The notes beneath the pieces are model-generated. The model was not told the DNA's origin. It saw only the letters and a program-made list of their open reading frames with translations, and made no database searches. From a virus (Duplodnaviria > Caudoviricetes), in the IMG/VR virus record IMGVR_UViG_3300029985_000111, positions 1 through 32,931 of that record: a DNA stretch of 32,931 bases. One strand, given 5' to 3'. This document shows positions 17,361-30,700 of this stretch, in pieces (within the stretch, counting starts at the first letter, position 1; every line of letters starts with the position of its first letter). The position numbers and the translations under genes were made by a program.

Positions 17361-17975
17361 CTATGCACTTAACGAAGATAATGTTGATATACGAACAACA
17401 TACGTTATATCTAATTGTCTGTTTGAAGATTTTATAATTGGAGAAAAAGTTACGTGTGTTAATAATTGTCCTGAACTACTAATAAGTCCTAATTCATCAA
17501 AAGCATAATTGCTTTTGATACTATTAACATTATCAAATGCTGTTTGATTTGATGGTTCACCATAATCTAATAGACACGAAATTACCATATCGGTATATGC
17601 TTTGCCTGGGATATGATCGTATGTTATATTATTATCAATTGTATCTGAATTTGCAGAAAAATTATTATTTATGATTTTATCATATGTTTTATTGTACAGA
17701 GAAGCCGTACTTCCAACATTATTGGGGGGATTATATGTTATTATTCCCGTGCTACTCACGGTAGTTCCGCCATTACCAAATGCCATTGAATATACAAAGC
17801 CGGTAGTTGTAGTATCCGATGCGTTTAATACACCGCTCATTAAACTTTCAACAATAGCCACGGATAAATTTTCAAAATGAATAGAATTATGTGTATCTAA
17901 TAATATTTCATTAGTTAATTTATCGGTAATAGTTACATGCCCAGATATTTTTAACTGTTGGTTGTCTAAAATCAT
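17361..17975 (-). CDS. Putative virion structural (baseplate/tail) protein
   Basis: GHVTITD...N-x-IHFEN, MAFGNGGT, LDYGEP, FDELGL, LLTHV-x-F-x-PI-x-KS-x-NR; sits in the structural cluster. Confidence 0.7.
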   Translation of the reverse strand: MILDNQQLKISGHVTITDKLTNEILLDTHNSIHFENLSVAIVESLMSGVLNASDTTTTGFVYSMAFGNGGTTVSSTGIITYNPPNNVGSTASLYNKTYDKIINNNFSANSDTIDNNITYDHIPGKAYTDMVISCLLDYGEPSNQTAFDNVNSIKSNYAFDELGLISSSGQLLTHVTFSPIIKSSNRQLDITYVVRISTLSSLSA

Positions 17976-18094
17976 TTTACTCTCTTGTTCACATGAACTT
18001 TACTTGTTATTGAATTTTTGGGAATATTTTTTTCATTTATAACTATTTTTAAATATTCATTAACTATAATCGCCGGAATTTCATCTGGTTTCAT
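17972..18094 (-). CDS. Small hypothetical protein (40 aa)
   Basis: Not in the track. MKPDEIPAIIVNEYLKIVINEKNIPKNSITSKVHVNKRVK, preceded by TATAAATA-N5 and coupled by ATGA to the next gene. Confidence 0.65.
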   Translation of the reverse strand: MKPDEIPAIIVNEYLKIVINEKNIPKNSITSKVHVNKRVK

Positions 18095-18102
18095 GTATAT
18101 AT

Positions 18103-19716
18103 TTATACCGGCGGAGTTGCACCTTGCTCTACCAAAAAATTTGAAATTGTTGAATTTGAATTAGCCAAAGGTACATTTGAAAGTTTATACCATGTTGCTA
18201 TTCCCGGAGACCCTGGTATTTCTTGGTCAAACGATGAACTTATTACCTGTGACCCAATTAGTTGTATAGGTGGTATTCCGGTACATTCTGTTCCTCGCAT
18301 CAATCCTGACAAAACATTGTGAATTCTATCTATATAAAGATACGTTATTTTTTCCCCATTAATAAAAATTTTTCCACGTAAATTAGCTTCAGGAATGGGT
18401 GTTATTAATCCCGCCACCGATTCAACTGAAATAGTCGAATCAGTTGAATATAAATTATGTGTTAAAGTAGTTACCGAATTTGCGCCAATACTGGTATATG
18501 AAGTTTTTCCAGTTAAAATAATTTTTATATTGCTAGTTGGAGAAATACTTGAAATATTTAATTTACTATTTTTAATAGTCCATTGTTCTGTATTAATAGA
18601 AATATTATCAACTAAAACACAAGCTTCGTCCGGGGAAACATAGTTCCATGGAACTTTTATGTTACTTGTTTCGGTCGTTTCGATTTGAAAAGTTTCAATT
18701 GGTTCTGTTGACATTGATTCTTTGAATAATTTAAATCCTAGTAATACGGCGTTGGAGTTAAACATTGGATTGGGGATAGTTGTTATGGTTGCTAATACAT
18801 TGGAAATATTTGAGCTAAGATAAGAACTATTTGCATTTTGATATAAAGAAATATCTAAGCTGTCAAAAATTTGACCCGATACATGCTCTTCAGGTGCATA
18901 ACTTGTTATATTATCTACGAAAGGTCCTCCGGATATTATAATATCCGCGGATCTTATTCCCAAATTACTATCGGTAAATTTACTGCCTATAATGGTTGCT
19001 GGCTGCAAAGAAGTAACATGCCTAGCTAAACCATTTGTTACTCTAAAATCACCGAACTTTCCAGTTAAAGTATCTTTTCCATCTTTATTTCCCCCAATTG
19101 TTAATAACGCCGGAGAATCATTTCTTGAAAGTTGCTGAAAAGGGGGAACGGAGTTTGTTATAAATTGTGAAGGTATGCTAAATCCAGCAAAAACATTAGT
19201 ATTTCCTTGTGGTACTCCATCTAAATAAAGATAAAAATTTCTATCCTTTCGTTCCGCGCTTATAAAGTGTAATGTATTATTTGTTATTTCATTACCTTTA
19301 ATAGAAAATAATATTTCACCGGCTTCAACTAAGGAAGTGGTGGATGATATTATATTACCTGTCAAGGTTATATTGCCATTATTAAATGAGTATTGATTTT
19401 TACTAAGTAAATTTCCATTAAAGAATATTATGGTATTTTCCAAAGAATGGGATGGAATATAAAAAGTTGAAACATTTGCAGATAAACTTAATGGCCAACT
19501 AATTTGTATTCCATATGCATTAATATTTCCGTTTTCAATTGTTGATAAAAATCTTGTTTTTTTATATAAATCTGTCACAGGTGATTCATTATTGGTAATT
19601 TCAAATAATGTTTGTGTGGTTATATTATTAGATATTTCAACAAAAAATTCGACAGTAAAATCGTTAAAAGAAAAATTATAATCCGAGTCGCCAATCGATT
19701 TTATATATCCGCTCAT
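18103..19716 (-). CDS. Virion structural protein with LamG/concanavalin-like domain
   Basis: DFTVEFF...HF...LYLDG...LTIG...G-x-x-x-DFRVTNG-x-AR; C-terminal G-x-IFINGEKITY...L-x-RG; GAGG RBS. Confidence 0.75.
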   Translation of the reverse strand: MSGYIKSIGDSDYNFSFNDFTVEFFVEISNNITTQTLFEITNNESPVTDLYKKTRFLSTIENGNINAYGIQISWPLSLSANVSTFYIPSHSLENTIIFFNGNLLSKNQYSFNNGNITLTGNIISSTTSLVEAGEILFSIKGNEITNNTLHFISAERKDRNFYLYLDGVPQGNTNVFAGFSIPSQFITNSVPPFQQLSRNDSPALLTIGGNKDGKDTLTGKFGDFRVTNGLARHVTSLQPATIIGSKFTDSNLGIRSADIIISGGPFVDNITSYAPEEHVSGQIFDSLDISLYQNANSSYLSSNISNVLATITTIPNPMFNSNAVLLGFKLFKESMSTEPIETFQIETTETSNIKVPWNYVSPDEACVLVDNISINTEQWTIKNSKLNISSISPTSNIKIILTGKTSYTSIGANSVTTLTHNLYSTDSTISVESVAGLITPIPEANLRGKIFINGEKITYLYIDRIHNVLSGLMRGTECTGIPPIQLIGSQVISSSFDQEIPGSPGIATWYKLSNVPLANSNSTISNFLVEQGATPPV

Positions 19717-19723
19717 TATTCCT

Positions 19724-22700
19724 CTATTTGTTCAAAGTTACTGCCATTATTAAACTACTTTGGGGATTAACATTATTATTTAACAATGTTGAATCAACAA
19801 TTACAGAATTACTGTAATTTATTATTTCCATTTTCTTTTGATTCCATGATAAATCATTTATATAGGTTGTTGAATTTATAGAATTTAATGAAATATTTGG
19901 TATTGCATCGTTTGTTAAATCTTCAAATGTTAAAAGCAATGGTGTATAATTAGAAACATAGTACGGATCATTTGTAATATTTAAAGGAAATGGTTCGGTT
20001 GGTACAATTATACTAGTGGATCCTATTGTATATCTATTAACACCGTTTGTCAATCGTAATTCGTCTATATATCCAGTGTAACCATTTTGTCCATTAACAT
20101 CAGCTCCCAATGTTAAATTAAAATTAGATGCCGCAATTGATAGATTTGACGAATTTTCCAGTTCTCCATTTACGTAAAGATAAAAATCATTATTATATTC
20201 TTGTAATGTAATAAAATTCCAATTATGTGTGGATATATTACTGATACTTTCTAATAATGCAATATTTGAATTAGAACCAACACATATATTATTATTTTCA
20301 TTTTTATAAATAACAATTCCGATATTGCTAGATATATTATTTCTGGTATCAATTAGCACTGAAGTAGTAGATACATCTTCAAAATTACAGAAAAATTCTA
20401 AGGTGAATATGTTTGAAGTATTTTCAAGATAGGAAATATTCGGACTACTTGAATTTACGGTAATATATTGATTTTTTTCGGCATTAAAATAAGCAGATGA
20501 ATTTCCAAATCTAAATGTATTACGAGATATTGCCGAATTTGTTAATAAATTAGGATGCCATGCAATATTAAGTGAGGTAAAACCCGACGAATCATCTAAA
20601 TCGTATAACGATCCAGACGGTATCGAATAAGATTCAATAAATGTTCCACCATTAACGGTAACTCCTGGATATTCAACTCCTGTCATTAATAATCTGGCCT
20701 GATTTGCAAACATATTGGCTGTTGGAAAATATGTAGCCTGTATTCTGTTCATTGCCGTTGTTGAAACAATTGTAGAAATATTTGCATTACCCCATATATT
20801 AGAATTATTAATGTTTGCGCTATTTGCATTATTTACCAATGATCTAACAAAAATATTATTATTGGAATTAAATGCAACTGTATTTTTTGAATATACAGTA
20901 TTTGGATACAAAAATTCAACAGTCGGATTTACTCTGTCAAAACGAATTGATGTTTTTATTTTTCGGGTTGAAGAATTTTCAAGTCTCGGATAAGCGACAC
21001 AATCAATTATAACATTACTGTCAGAAGTTATTAAAACTTTGGGAGTGGAGGTAAAATTATTTCCACCATCAATTATATTAATTGTTCCAATAGATCCGAT
21101 TATTGTATTTCCGATAGTTGCATTAGCTATAACATTTCCACCATTACCGTCAGTCGATATTATTTGAACAGCTAAATTTGATGATGAATATCCTTTTCCC
21201 GGTATTATAACATCAATTGATCCTATGGAATATGTATAATTATTATTCCACGGAGAATAAATTGGCAATTGCAATGTAGTTGGGTCTGAAGAAATTGAAC
21301 CATCTGGGGTTCTTATATAAGAAGATATTTCATCAGTTGTTGGAATATAAGGAATTGATACATCACCATTTGGATATAATGGTGTATTTATTCCATTAAC
21401 ATATGAATATTCGAGATTATAAGGTAATGCAAAATAATTTGGGCCAATTATATAAGGATAGATCGGATTATTTAATGAATCAATGGTTGAAAAATATGCA
21501 TATGTTCCGGCAGGATATTCAGGTGTAACGCACCATCTTCCATTATTTTTGTCAAGTGTTCCTGAATTAGGTACATATATAAAATCTTCAATATATTCAC
21601 CTGTTGGGGCAGAATATATTGCAAGTTGCAAACCATTTACAATAGGTTGGTCAGTTTTATCCAGCCGGGGAACATTTGATAATTGATAGCTGCTGGAATT
21701 CATTATTATATTTCCGCTGCCATCCGAATTTTCGTATCCGTACGATCCATAAATCGGAACACCATCCCATGCATATCCAATAATTGAACTATGAATATTT
21801 GCATTTTTTTCATACATTAAATATGGATCTGTAAAATATTGATATGCACCGTTTTCATTCGGAAATCCTTTTCCCGGATCTAATCCTATCGACTGAGCTT
21901 CCCAGACCGTATTAATTGTATATGTATTTTTTACCTGCAAATTACCTAATAAATATAACGTTTCGGTTTCGCCACTATTAGAATTATAAAAAGGAACACC
22001 ATTTACCGCTGAGGCAATTGGGCCTACATTATTATTAACCGTTGGAAATTGAATGGAATCAGCATATATTTTTTCTTGAAATCCAAATGACCAATTTTGC
22101 TTTTCGATTGTATATGGATCAGTGGAATTTGGGAATGTATCAGTTGCGTGATTTGGTAATCCATTGCTTGTTATAAAAAAAGAAGATGTATTAGCAAAAA
22201 CTCCAACATTTGGATAAAATTGACTTAATTGTAATAATCCATTTGGTTTTACATTATTTGTATAATCCAAAACAATGTTAGCATAATTTCCGTCATATTG
22301 TGCCGGAAGGTCAAAATCTATTAATCCAATATTGGCATAATCTTTGGCTGTGTAAATATCGTGAAATTCTCTAACACGTGTATGATATGGTGCTGTCTCT
22401 GCTATGAAATCTTCAATTGTTGTTTGATTATCTGGTTCAAAATTTCCTTGAACAGATAAATCACGATTGTTATAATCAACCGATATGAAACTTGTTTTGA
22501 ATAACCAATCAAGATTTTTATTTTCGTGAATAATATACTGAATAACCGCATAAAATGCATTATCCGCCGCAGTTGTTAAATCACTATTACCGATTAAGAT
22601 AACATTATTTAAAATTTCTGTTATTAATCGAATGTCAATATATGGATCATTGTCAAAATATGCACTATCAAATGGTGCAGAATCAAATCCAATTTTTGAT

Positions 22701-24706
22701 GTTATAAAATCGTATAAATCTGGCAAAAATTGTATAGTTCCGTTTTGAATATATATTGGGTCTAATTCAGTTATGTTTGCATCAATGTCGTTTTTTGTTG
22801 CCATATATATGGCAATATTTCCACTGCCATTATCATTAAGTTGAATTATGTCACCAACAGAATAATTTATTTCCGGAAGATCTCCAATTGATGATAATGT
22901 ATATGTCGGAGTTGTGTTTGCATATGCCGATGAAGACCAATCAGTATATTTCCAATCTGTTGATAAATTATATAATTGATGACTGGAAATTACCCATTTA
23001 CCGGATGTTGCCGAAACAATTGACCAATAATTTGATTTTAATGTGTCATCCTGCAATAATAAAATTCTATAATTTTCGGGATAATCATTAATATTTAATT
23101 GATTTAAAATATCACGGTTTGTAATTGTTTGATTAAAACCTGTCGTTGGAATTGGATCTACTGCACTCAATGATGAAACAATCGATGATGTTGCAATAGC
23201 TAAATTTGCAAGTTGAGAATTGATAACAGAATAATATATATCTAAAGCCGTTATTCTATTAACAAAAATTGATTGCTGTGGTTTAGACAAAATTCCAGTT
23301 TGTTGGCTATAAGGCAGTGTAATATCTGGTATTAATTGATTTAATATTGACACCCCACTTAAACTATCAATGAATTTACTATAAATTGGTGTTTTATACC
23401 ACGATTTTGTTCCGTCATTACCTATTAATGCAAATTCATTGTGCAATTGATTGTTGGCGGATTCTAACACATAATCTATATGTAAAACAACAGTATTTGA
23501 GGATATAAATTGGTTAATATTCCACACGGCAACCGCATTTGTATCCAGAGCGGTAATCATTGGTATTCCTGAATTAGGAATATCTTGTAAGGCAGTTATT
23601 AATTGGTTGCAAGACATATTGTGAATAGAACCAATAGTTGTTTTGCCATACACCCAAAATCCATACATTCCGGTATAACTATTAAAAGTATAAGGACAGT
23701 TATTGTCTAAAACATATCCATTATTATCATTATTGATATAATTTGTGGGTGAAGATGAACTATTAACCCATTCATAAACTTCAATGGTTGAATTGGGTAA
23801 CCATTGATTCCAATTTGCTGCTCTTTCTTTTAAATTTCCTAATTGGGCATCAATTGTTTTTAGATTTTTTGTTTTGAACCAGGTTTTTCCTACCTGATTA
23901 TTTCCCCATAATTCATTACCAAGGTTAACGAATTCCGGATTATTTTTAATTAATGTCCATAATGCAGAATTAAATATACTCCCGCTTTTACCTGCATATA
24001 AGGCTTGATATAAATTATTTCCGTATACAACTCTGTCGTTAATATTATATATTGTCCCTGGTGTCCACAATGGGATGTTATATAGTGCAGGGTCAATGTC
24101 TGATATATAATCTAAATTTTGTGATATTTTACCAGGAATTATCCCCGCTACCAAATCTACTATTTCTAAGTCTGTTAATTTAATATTTGTTACGGAATCA
24201 TAAATCCAAGCGCGACTTATACTTGTTGAATCAATCGGAAGTTCTTGTGAGGTAGAAACTGTCCAGCCATGAGATAAATTTGTATTATTATATATAGTTA
24301 CCGTATTATCCGGTATGCTATTTTCGGTTATGAAAATACTTTCTATTTTTCCGTCGTAAATTAAACCAGTTGATGTAGTTAATATTTCTTTGACTTTGGT
24401 TAATTGAATTGTATCTGTGGCAGAAGAAATCCAATTTCTGTCGGTTGTTAAAACTTGAAAAATATTTAATTTTTGAATTGTTTCAGGTGATTTTTCTTCA
24501 AATAATGTATTATATCCGTCAAAATATGTCCCATCAATAAATGAAACATTTGAGATAACGGTTTCTTGGTCGTTAATATTTTCAACAACTCCGATTAAAT
24601 CGGAAGTTATCCATTTAATATTCTGCCCAAATTGTTGCAGTGTATTAGTATCCGGAATTATGGTATCTAATAATACAAATTTGCTGAATAAACTGGAACT
24701 TATCAT
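19724..24706 (-). CDS. Large virion/baseplate protein with YHYH-like and LamG-like domains
   Basis: 1660 aa, N/S/T/I-rich; SNGLPNH, AVNGVP, IIGYAWDGVPIYG, NGRWCVTPEYP-x-GTYAYF; C-terminal FTLEFF...GYIDELRLT. Confidence 0.75.
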   Translation of the reverse strand: MISSSLFSKFVLLDTIIPDTNTLQQFGQNIKWITSDLIGVVENINDQETVISNVSFIDGTYFDGYNTLFEEKSPETIQKLNIFQVLTTDRNWISSATDTIQLTKVKEILTTSTGLIYDGKIESIFITENSIPDNTVTIYNNTNLSHGWTVSTSQELPIDSTSISRAWIYDSVTNIKLTDLEIVDLVAGIIPGKISQNLDYISDIDPALYNIPLWTPGTIYNINDRVVYGNNLYQALYAGKSGSIFNSALWTLIKNNPEFVNLGNELWGNNQVGKTWFKTKNLKTIDAQLGNLKERAANWNQWLPNSTIEVYEWVNSSSSPTNYINNDNNGYVLDNNCPYTFNSYTGMYGFWVYGKTTIGSIHNMSCNQLITALQDIPNSGIPMITALDTNAVAVWNINQFISSNTVVLHIDYVLESANNQLHNEFALIGNDGTKSWYKTPIYSKFIDSLSGVSILNQLIPDITLPYSQQTGILSKPQQSIFVNRITALDIYYSVINSQLANLAIATSSIVSSLSAVDPIPTTGFNQTITNRDILNQLNINDYPENYRILLLQDDTLKSNYWSIVSATSGKWVISSHQLYNLSTDWKYTDWSSSAYANTTPTYTLSSIGDLPEINYSVGDIIQLNDNGSGNIAIYMATKNDIDANITELDPIYIQNGTIQFLPDLYDFITSKIGFDSAPFDSAYFDNDPYIDIRLITEILNNVILIGNSDLTTAADNAFYAVIQYIIHENKNLDWLFKTSFISVDYNNRDLSVQGNFEPDNQTTIEDFIAETAPYHTRVREFHDIYTAKDYANIGLIDFDLPAQYDGNYANIVLDYTNNVKPNGLLQLSQFYPNVGVFANTSSFFITSNGLPNHATDTFPNSTDPYTIEKQNWSFGFQEKIYADSIQFPTVNNNVGPIASAVNGVPFYNSNSGETETLYLLGNLQVKNTYTINTVWEAQSIGLDPGKGFPNENGAYQYFTDPYLMYEKNANIHSSIIGYAWDGVPIYGSYGYENSDGSGNIIMNSSSYQLSNVPRLDKTDQPIVNGLQLAIYSAPTGEYIEDFIYVPNSGTLDKNNGRWCVTPEYPAGTYAYFSTIDSLNNPIYPYIIGPNYFALPYNLEYSYVNGINTPLYPNGDVSIPYIPTTDEISSYIRTPDGSISSDPTTLQLPIYSPWNNNYTYSIGSIDVIIPGKGYSSSNLAVQIISTDGNGGNVIANATIGNTIIGSIGTINIIDGGNNFTSTPKVLITSDSNVIIDCVAYPRLENSSTRKIKTSIRFDRVNPTVEFLYPNTVYSKNTVAFNSNNNIFVRSLVNNANSANINNSNIWGNANISTIVSTTAMNRIQATYFPTANMFANQARLLMTGVEYPGVTVNGGTFIESYSIPSGSLYDLDDSSGFTSLNIAWHPNLLTNSAISRNTFRFGNSSAYFNAEKNQYITVNSSSPNISYLENTSNIFTLEFFCNFEDVSTTSVLIDTRNNISSNIGIVIYKNENNNICVGSNSNIALLESISNISTHNWNFITLQEYNNDFYLYVNGELENSSNLSIAASNFNLTLGADVNGQNGYTGYIDELRLTNGVNRYTIGSTSIIVPTEPFPLNITNDPYYVSNYTPLLLTFEDLTNDAIPNISLNSINSTTYINDLSWNQKKMEIINYSNSVIVDSTLLNNNVNPQSSLIMAVTLNK

Positions 24707-24734
24707 TCAAAAATCCTCAATAGTATTTATTGTT

Positions 24735-27700
24735 TTAAATTCCACTTATTCCGGTTGTACTCATTGATTGAATAATATTTAAAATAAGATTGCCATTTGA
24801 TATGGTAGCCGAAATACCTGAATAATTGGTTAAATTATTAATATCGGTTATTAATGATGAGATGGTTATGCCAGATCTTGTTACAACCCAATCATTAAGA
24901 TTAATAGACGGTACATTTAAATCAACATCATTTATCGGAATAATTTTTTGAGATGTTATTCGTGTATCTAATGCATAAAAATATAAAGATCCTTTTTGAT
25001 GTACACTCTTTGTGCTACCAACAGCTAATTTATTATCATTAATAGCTACAGATAATCCAAAATTTGAATCTTCAATATTGGGTGCTATTATTGTTTGCAT
25101 AACATTGAAGCAAAATCCTTCTATTTGAATTGTGCTCGCCGTAGGTAATGCGGGTGAAAAAATTATATTGCTGATAAATCCAGAATTATAAGTAACAGAA
25201 AATACCGATGGGGATAATTTAACTCCATCAACTAATATAGATGAAATTGTTGAAAAGTCATTGGTTGGGGAAATATTTGCTGTCGAAAAAGCATGGTAAG
25301 TTTTTTCTTTAACTCTTCGGTAAATAATCACCGCCCCGGAATTGTAATTAGGAACGCCGACAACCAATGTTTCCCCATTTTTATCGCAGGATAGTGATGT
25401 GCCATATCCAGTTGATGTACCAAAAGGATCAATTAATTTGCCTTCGTATTTGTAATAATTATTGGGTGTAGTAATGTAAATTTTTTCGTATGTATCCAAC
25501 GGTATTAATAAATTAATTGTTGAACTATTTGGGTTAACAGAAAAATCTATATTTGGAATTAAAATTTGGGTAAGTCCATTTTCAAAATAAACAGATATTT
25601 TTATACTGTATGCATCTATTATAGACCGATTAACAGTTATGATATTTGATACGTTGGATATTATTGTATAATTTTGGGTAGATTCGTTTGTATGTAGAGA
25701 ATAAACCGATATACCAGCAACATTTGGAGCTAACATTGATTTTGATCGAATATAAAGCCATGATGCATCGGAGCTTAATGAAAGTTGATTTCCAAAATAA
25801 GATTGACTTGCATTTGAATTTGTAATTCCATCACCGCTTAAAATTTGAGTTACGACCGGTCTATTATTTTCGATTTGGACAATATATACCTGTCCATTAC
25901 CTGTAATACCTCCATTTAATGTTGTCGCAGATATTGCGGCGATACCTGGTTGACATACTACATGTTGACCTAATAAATAGGTATCCGGATGATATGATTC
26001 TATTGCATAGACAGTTGAACCTAAGTCAGGTATAACTATATTTCCGGTTGTTAATTTTTCGGCTAACATTCGTACTTCAACTTCCCCCAACCCAGATTTA
26101 GCAGTAGGTTTACCTGACCATAAAATTTGATTTTGATCGTCATATGCTATATCAGAGATTGGATCTTGATTTGATATTGCAGGATATGAAATTTTGGTCA
26201 AATAAGGTTGCAATAGGTCATATGATGTCCACCCTTTTGCATCATTTTGGACATATCTAACGGTATCTTCGGATTTTATATTACTAGTACCGATTGAATC
26301 TCCACGCAAACTTCTACTTGTGTAAAGTGAAAGGGAAGTCCAAGCCGTATCGTATGTAATATTAGAAAAATTATTAATTGGGCCGGTAACTATTAAACGA
26401 GAATAACTATTTGCAGATGGAGCAATTTCATAGTCATCAACATTAAATATACCTTGGATAGTTAGATTTGATGCCGAATCTACGTGATCTACAGCAATTA
26501 TATTATTTGCAATAACTCCAATATTAGATGATAAATTGAATAGTAATTGATTTGCACTAATTTGAGTTATTGCATTTATTTGAGTGTATGGGGCATCAAA
26601 CGTTAATACATCCCATTGATTTGGAGGATCGGCTAGTTTATTAGATCCTAGCCAAAAAGACCCACCATTTTCAATTATTTTTAATATACTACTAATATTA
26701 TTACCGCTATTTAACATTACGCGTGTATTAGCAAAAAATAATGAAGATTCGTCGGATTTAATAAATCCCGGAATATTATTATATGCCCATTTAATTAAAT
26801 TATCGGGTATTACTGGGCCGCCTTTAATAAAAGGTGATTCGTTTAATACAAGATTTCCAGATTGTTGGATAAAATCATTTGTCCAATTTGGTGATTTTTC
26901 ATATAAATTAAATGGTGTTGTTTGAATGCTTGTGCTATCTGATGTATTTGCAGTTGATACAAATGTTAAAATTAATGGATTTTGCGTATTAACTTTCGGA
27001 GAAAGGCTTACATCCCCATATCCGGTTCTTGCTGTGGCACCGTATTCACCCACCTTCATTGCATATTCTTCAACAATGGTTGTTTGTGTATTAAAAGACG
27101 GTGTCGACCCTCTACCATAACTATTAACAGAATTTAACGATCCCTTTTCTTTTATCCAACCACGATAAAAATCGGTCTGCCCAGCCAGATCGATATCGAG
27201 AGAACTTAACCAATCACGTTCTACATAACCAATTGTATTATTCCTTAATGTTACCATATCAGTTAAATATGGTCGATAATTTATGTCAAACGCATGTGTT
27301 AGATCATTTGCTTTTGTTGATAAATTGGGTAATAATTGATTGCTGAATGTGGTCGAAATTAAACTAAATTGATTATATTGAAAAGTTGAAGAGCCAATTA
27401 TATTGACAGATGCAATATAGTTAGAATTTTTCCAGCTAACCAATGATCCTGTTTGATAATCTTTATTTGGAATCCAATCATCTACATTATTTGTTGTGAT
27501 TAAAAATCCCGGTATATCTAATGTACCATTCCAGTTAGATGTTTTTTGCCCACTTAATTGCAAACGAGTTTGCCGAGTTCCCGTTATTGGATTATATATA
27601 ATGTCGTTAAATTCAGATTCATTATTGATTATAAAACGATGCTCATAGCTAATGATATTAGCTCGAATACATGAAAATATTGAACCATTTTGGTTGGTTA

Positions 27701-30700
27701 TAGTTACATTATTTTGATCTCGTGAAACGTCAAGATATTTTAAATTAACTGGATTCCCATTAACGTCCAATAATAGACTAGTTAATGGATCTGTTAAATC
27801 ATATAATGTTCCAGAGGTTCCTTTGTATTCAATAACAGAAGAGCTGGGATTTAATACCAGGGATAAATTCCCTTTCCAATTCGTTAAACTCCATTTTATA
27901 AATTGTAATGCAGCATTGGACCAATCTATTTTACTTTGATTAGAATCGACTGTAAATGCTATTCCGTTTTGAATTAAATATTGCCCATATCCTGAAAGAA
28001 AATTAATTACATCTTGGGGAGTCGCAAATATTGTATTATAAGGTATTACTTCCGGCGAAACATTAAATGTATTTGAAAAATTATATCGATCATTTCCCAC
28101 ACTAATAATATAATTATCGCCGGTGGTAATAGCGGGGTAAATTGTAAAATATGGATTATTTTTGTCATAACCCGTTATTTTATATCCTTCTCCATCTGGA
28201 TCGTTTGTTATTATAACTCCACTATATTCTACTATACCTGTTGGTGTACTTTGATTTAAAAATAAAGAAAAATCTCTATTGGGTATTAGTTCGGCTGCAC
28301 CCGTATCACTTGGATCATTTGGAGATGCATAAACTGTAAGATTTGATATGTCCGAAAATCCACCCAATCCATACATTAAATTAATTACGGTATTATCAAT
28401 AGTGGATCTAAGAATAGATGGATTCATTCCATTTTTTCTTAAATATTCAACAGAATAATTTATAATGCTATTAACAGGTGTGCTGTCGACGCCATTAATT
28501 ACAATTCGGGAAAGCGATGGTAATAAATTTTTATATTTAAATTCATAATAATTATTTGTTGGTATAAAGTTATTAGTATCCCACGTTGTTCCTAACATAA
28601 ATAATGGATTTTGTAAAATTTTTGCTCGTAATTGAGCAAATGGCCAGAAGCTAGATCTTTTCCAGGCCGTAAATACGGGATCACCATCACCATAAACGAA
28701 ATTATTTTTGGCGGAACTATCATCAAATGTGCCGATTACGGCTTCATTAGGACTGAGTAATGTTCCTGAACCATTAACCGGGATAACATCTAACATTTCT
28801 AATTGGACGCCATAACTGCTATGGGTTATGCCATATGGATTACGTATTAAACCGTTTGCAATGTCATTCCACATTACTAAATTTTCTCCGGTATATGGAG
28901 ATGGTCCATATGTGGTGTCCCACCATGCCGGTTTAATTGAAATATTTAATAATTCCCAAGGTCGAGTATTCGGATTCTCTGAATTATAAAACCAATCGTA
29001 AATACCTCGCCAATAACCTAATAGTGGTTGTTTATCAGATAGTTTGTCTAAACTATTACTCCAATTCCAGGTAAATAAATTACTTTCATCGTAAAAATTA
29101 TTTGAGTAACTAATATTATATTGGGCAGCCCATTCATAAAATAATCTCTTAGAAATAGATAATTGTTCGCTTTTTGAATAAGGCCCAGTTCGAAATCTAC
29201 TAGTTTGTGGAACTCGAGTTTCAATTGTGTCTGACCATAATTGATTGTTTACTTTCAGATTATTATAAACTCGTAATTCATAATCTAATAATAAATTATC
29301 TCGAAAATCATTAAAACATGAAGTAATACTACCGTCGTGCCCCTGAATTACTTTTCTGGGTGTTTGATAAGTATTATCGGTATATATTTGTGGTATATAA
29401 GACTTTGAAAGTCCTAATTTTGTTGGTGTTGCTGGAATATACGATCCAATCGTATTTGAAATTTCGTAGACATCCAGTGTATCTTTTAAATTTAATGTTG
29501 CCGCAATATTTAAAATATTTCCTGCTGTTGTATAATCCCGACCATAAATTAATTGATTATTATTTAGATATACCTGCAATGATAGATAATTTGCAGAGTT
29601 CCAATCATATGTTTGCTGCAAATTAAATTTTAATGATTTTGCATTTTTTATGGAGTAAGAAGTCTTTTGCCCTCCCCAGAAACACATATCACTTGATGCC
29701 CAAGATTGAGATGAATTAAAAGATGACGCAATTGATTGCAACGCTTGATCAACCGCAGATTTACTTGATATATTTTGAGCATTTTTAATTTGTGAAAATG
29801 AATTAATTAATTTTTGCTTGAATAGAACGTAATCTTCTCCGGCAGTTCTAATAGATTGGTCAATATCAAATTTCGGATTTGTCAATAATATTGTTGAAAT
29901 TAATGAATTTGACTCTTGATATAATATAGTTCCCGATATTCCTTTATAAGCGACTAAATTCAATGTAGCTAATCCATTGGTATTATTTGAATTAGACAAA
30001 ATAGTTGTGGCATGATCTCTCATATCGCTTATAGTAAAAGTATCGATTGATTGTCCAGATGGATTATTGCTGAATGAGCTAGGAACATCATACCATGCAT
30101 TTGCTATTGACGTTGAACTAGATATTTTGATAAAAATTATGCTTGTGGAAGATATTAAATTAAAATCTATTGTTACCAGAATATTTGGCCCAGTCTGTAC
30201 AACTGAAAATTTATCTGTGGCTAGCTGTTTACCATCGACATATATTATTGGGGCCAGATCATTTTTTAATGTCCCAATCATTTTAATAATATTAGCGCCA
30301 ACAGCAACAGTATTTTGATATAAAGAACCGTCTGACATTATATATTGCCACGGTTCATAAGAATTTTCCAATAAAGTAGCTGTTTTAATTTGGTGAGGTT
30401 TTCCATTGTTTATATGAAGTGGATTCGTGCCGGTTGTTGTATATGAAAATGAATCAGATACATAATTATTGTCAAAAATAATATCATTTAAATTTCCGAT
30501 ATTTCCGTATGTCAATGGAAATCCTAGAACAGTATCATTTGTCCCGGAGCCAATTTTATATGAAAATAGTTTACTACCAGTGAAGCTAGTTTCGGGATAA
30601 ATGTCATTATTTCCAAAGCTATAATTATTAATATCATATACATCAAATAATGGTTGTTGATTTATTTTTGTTTTATTTTGGGATGCAATTGACCAATTTG

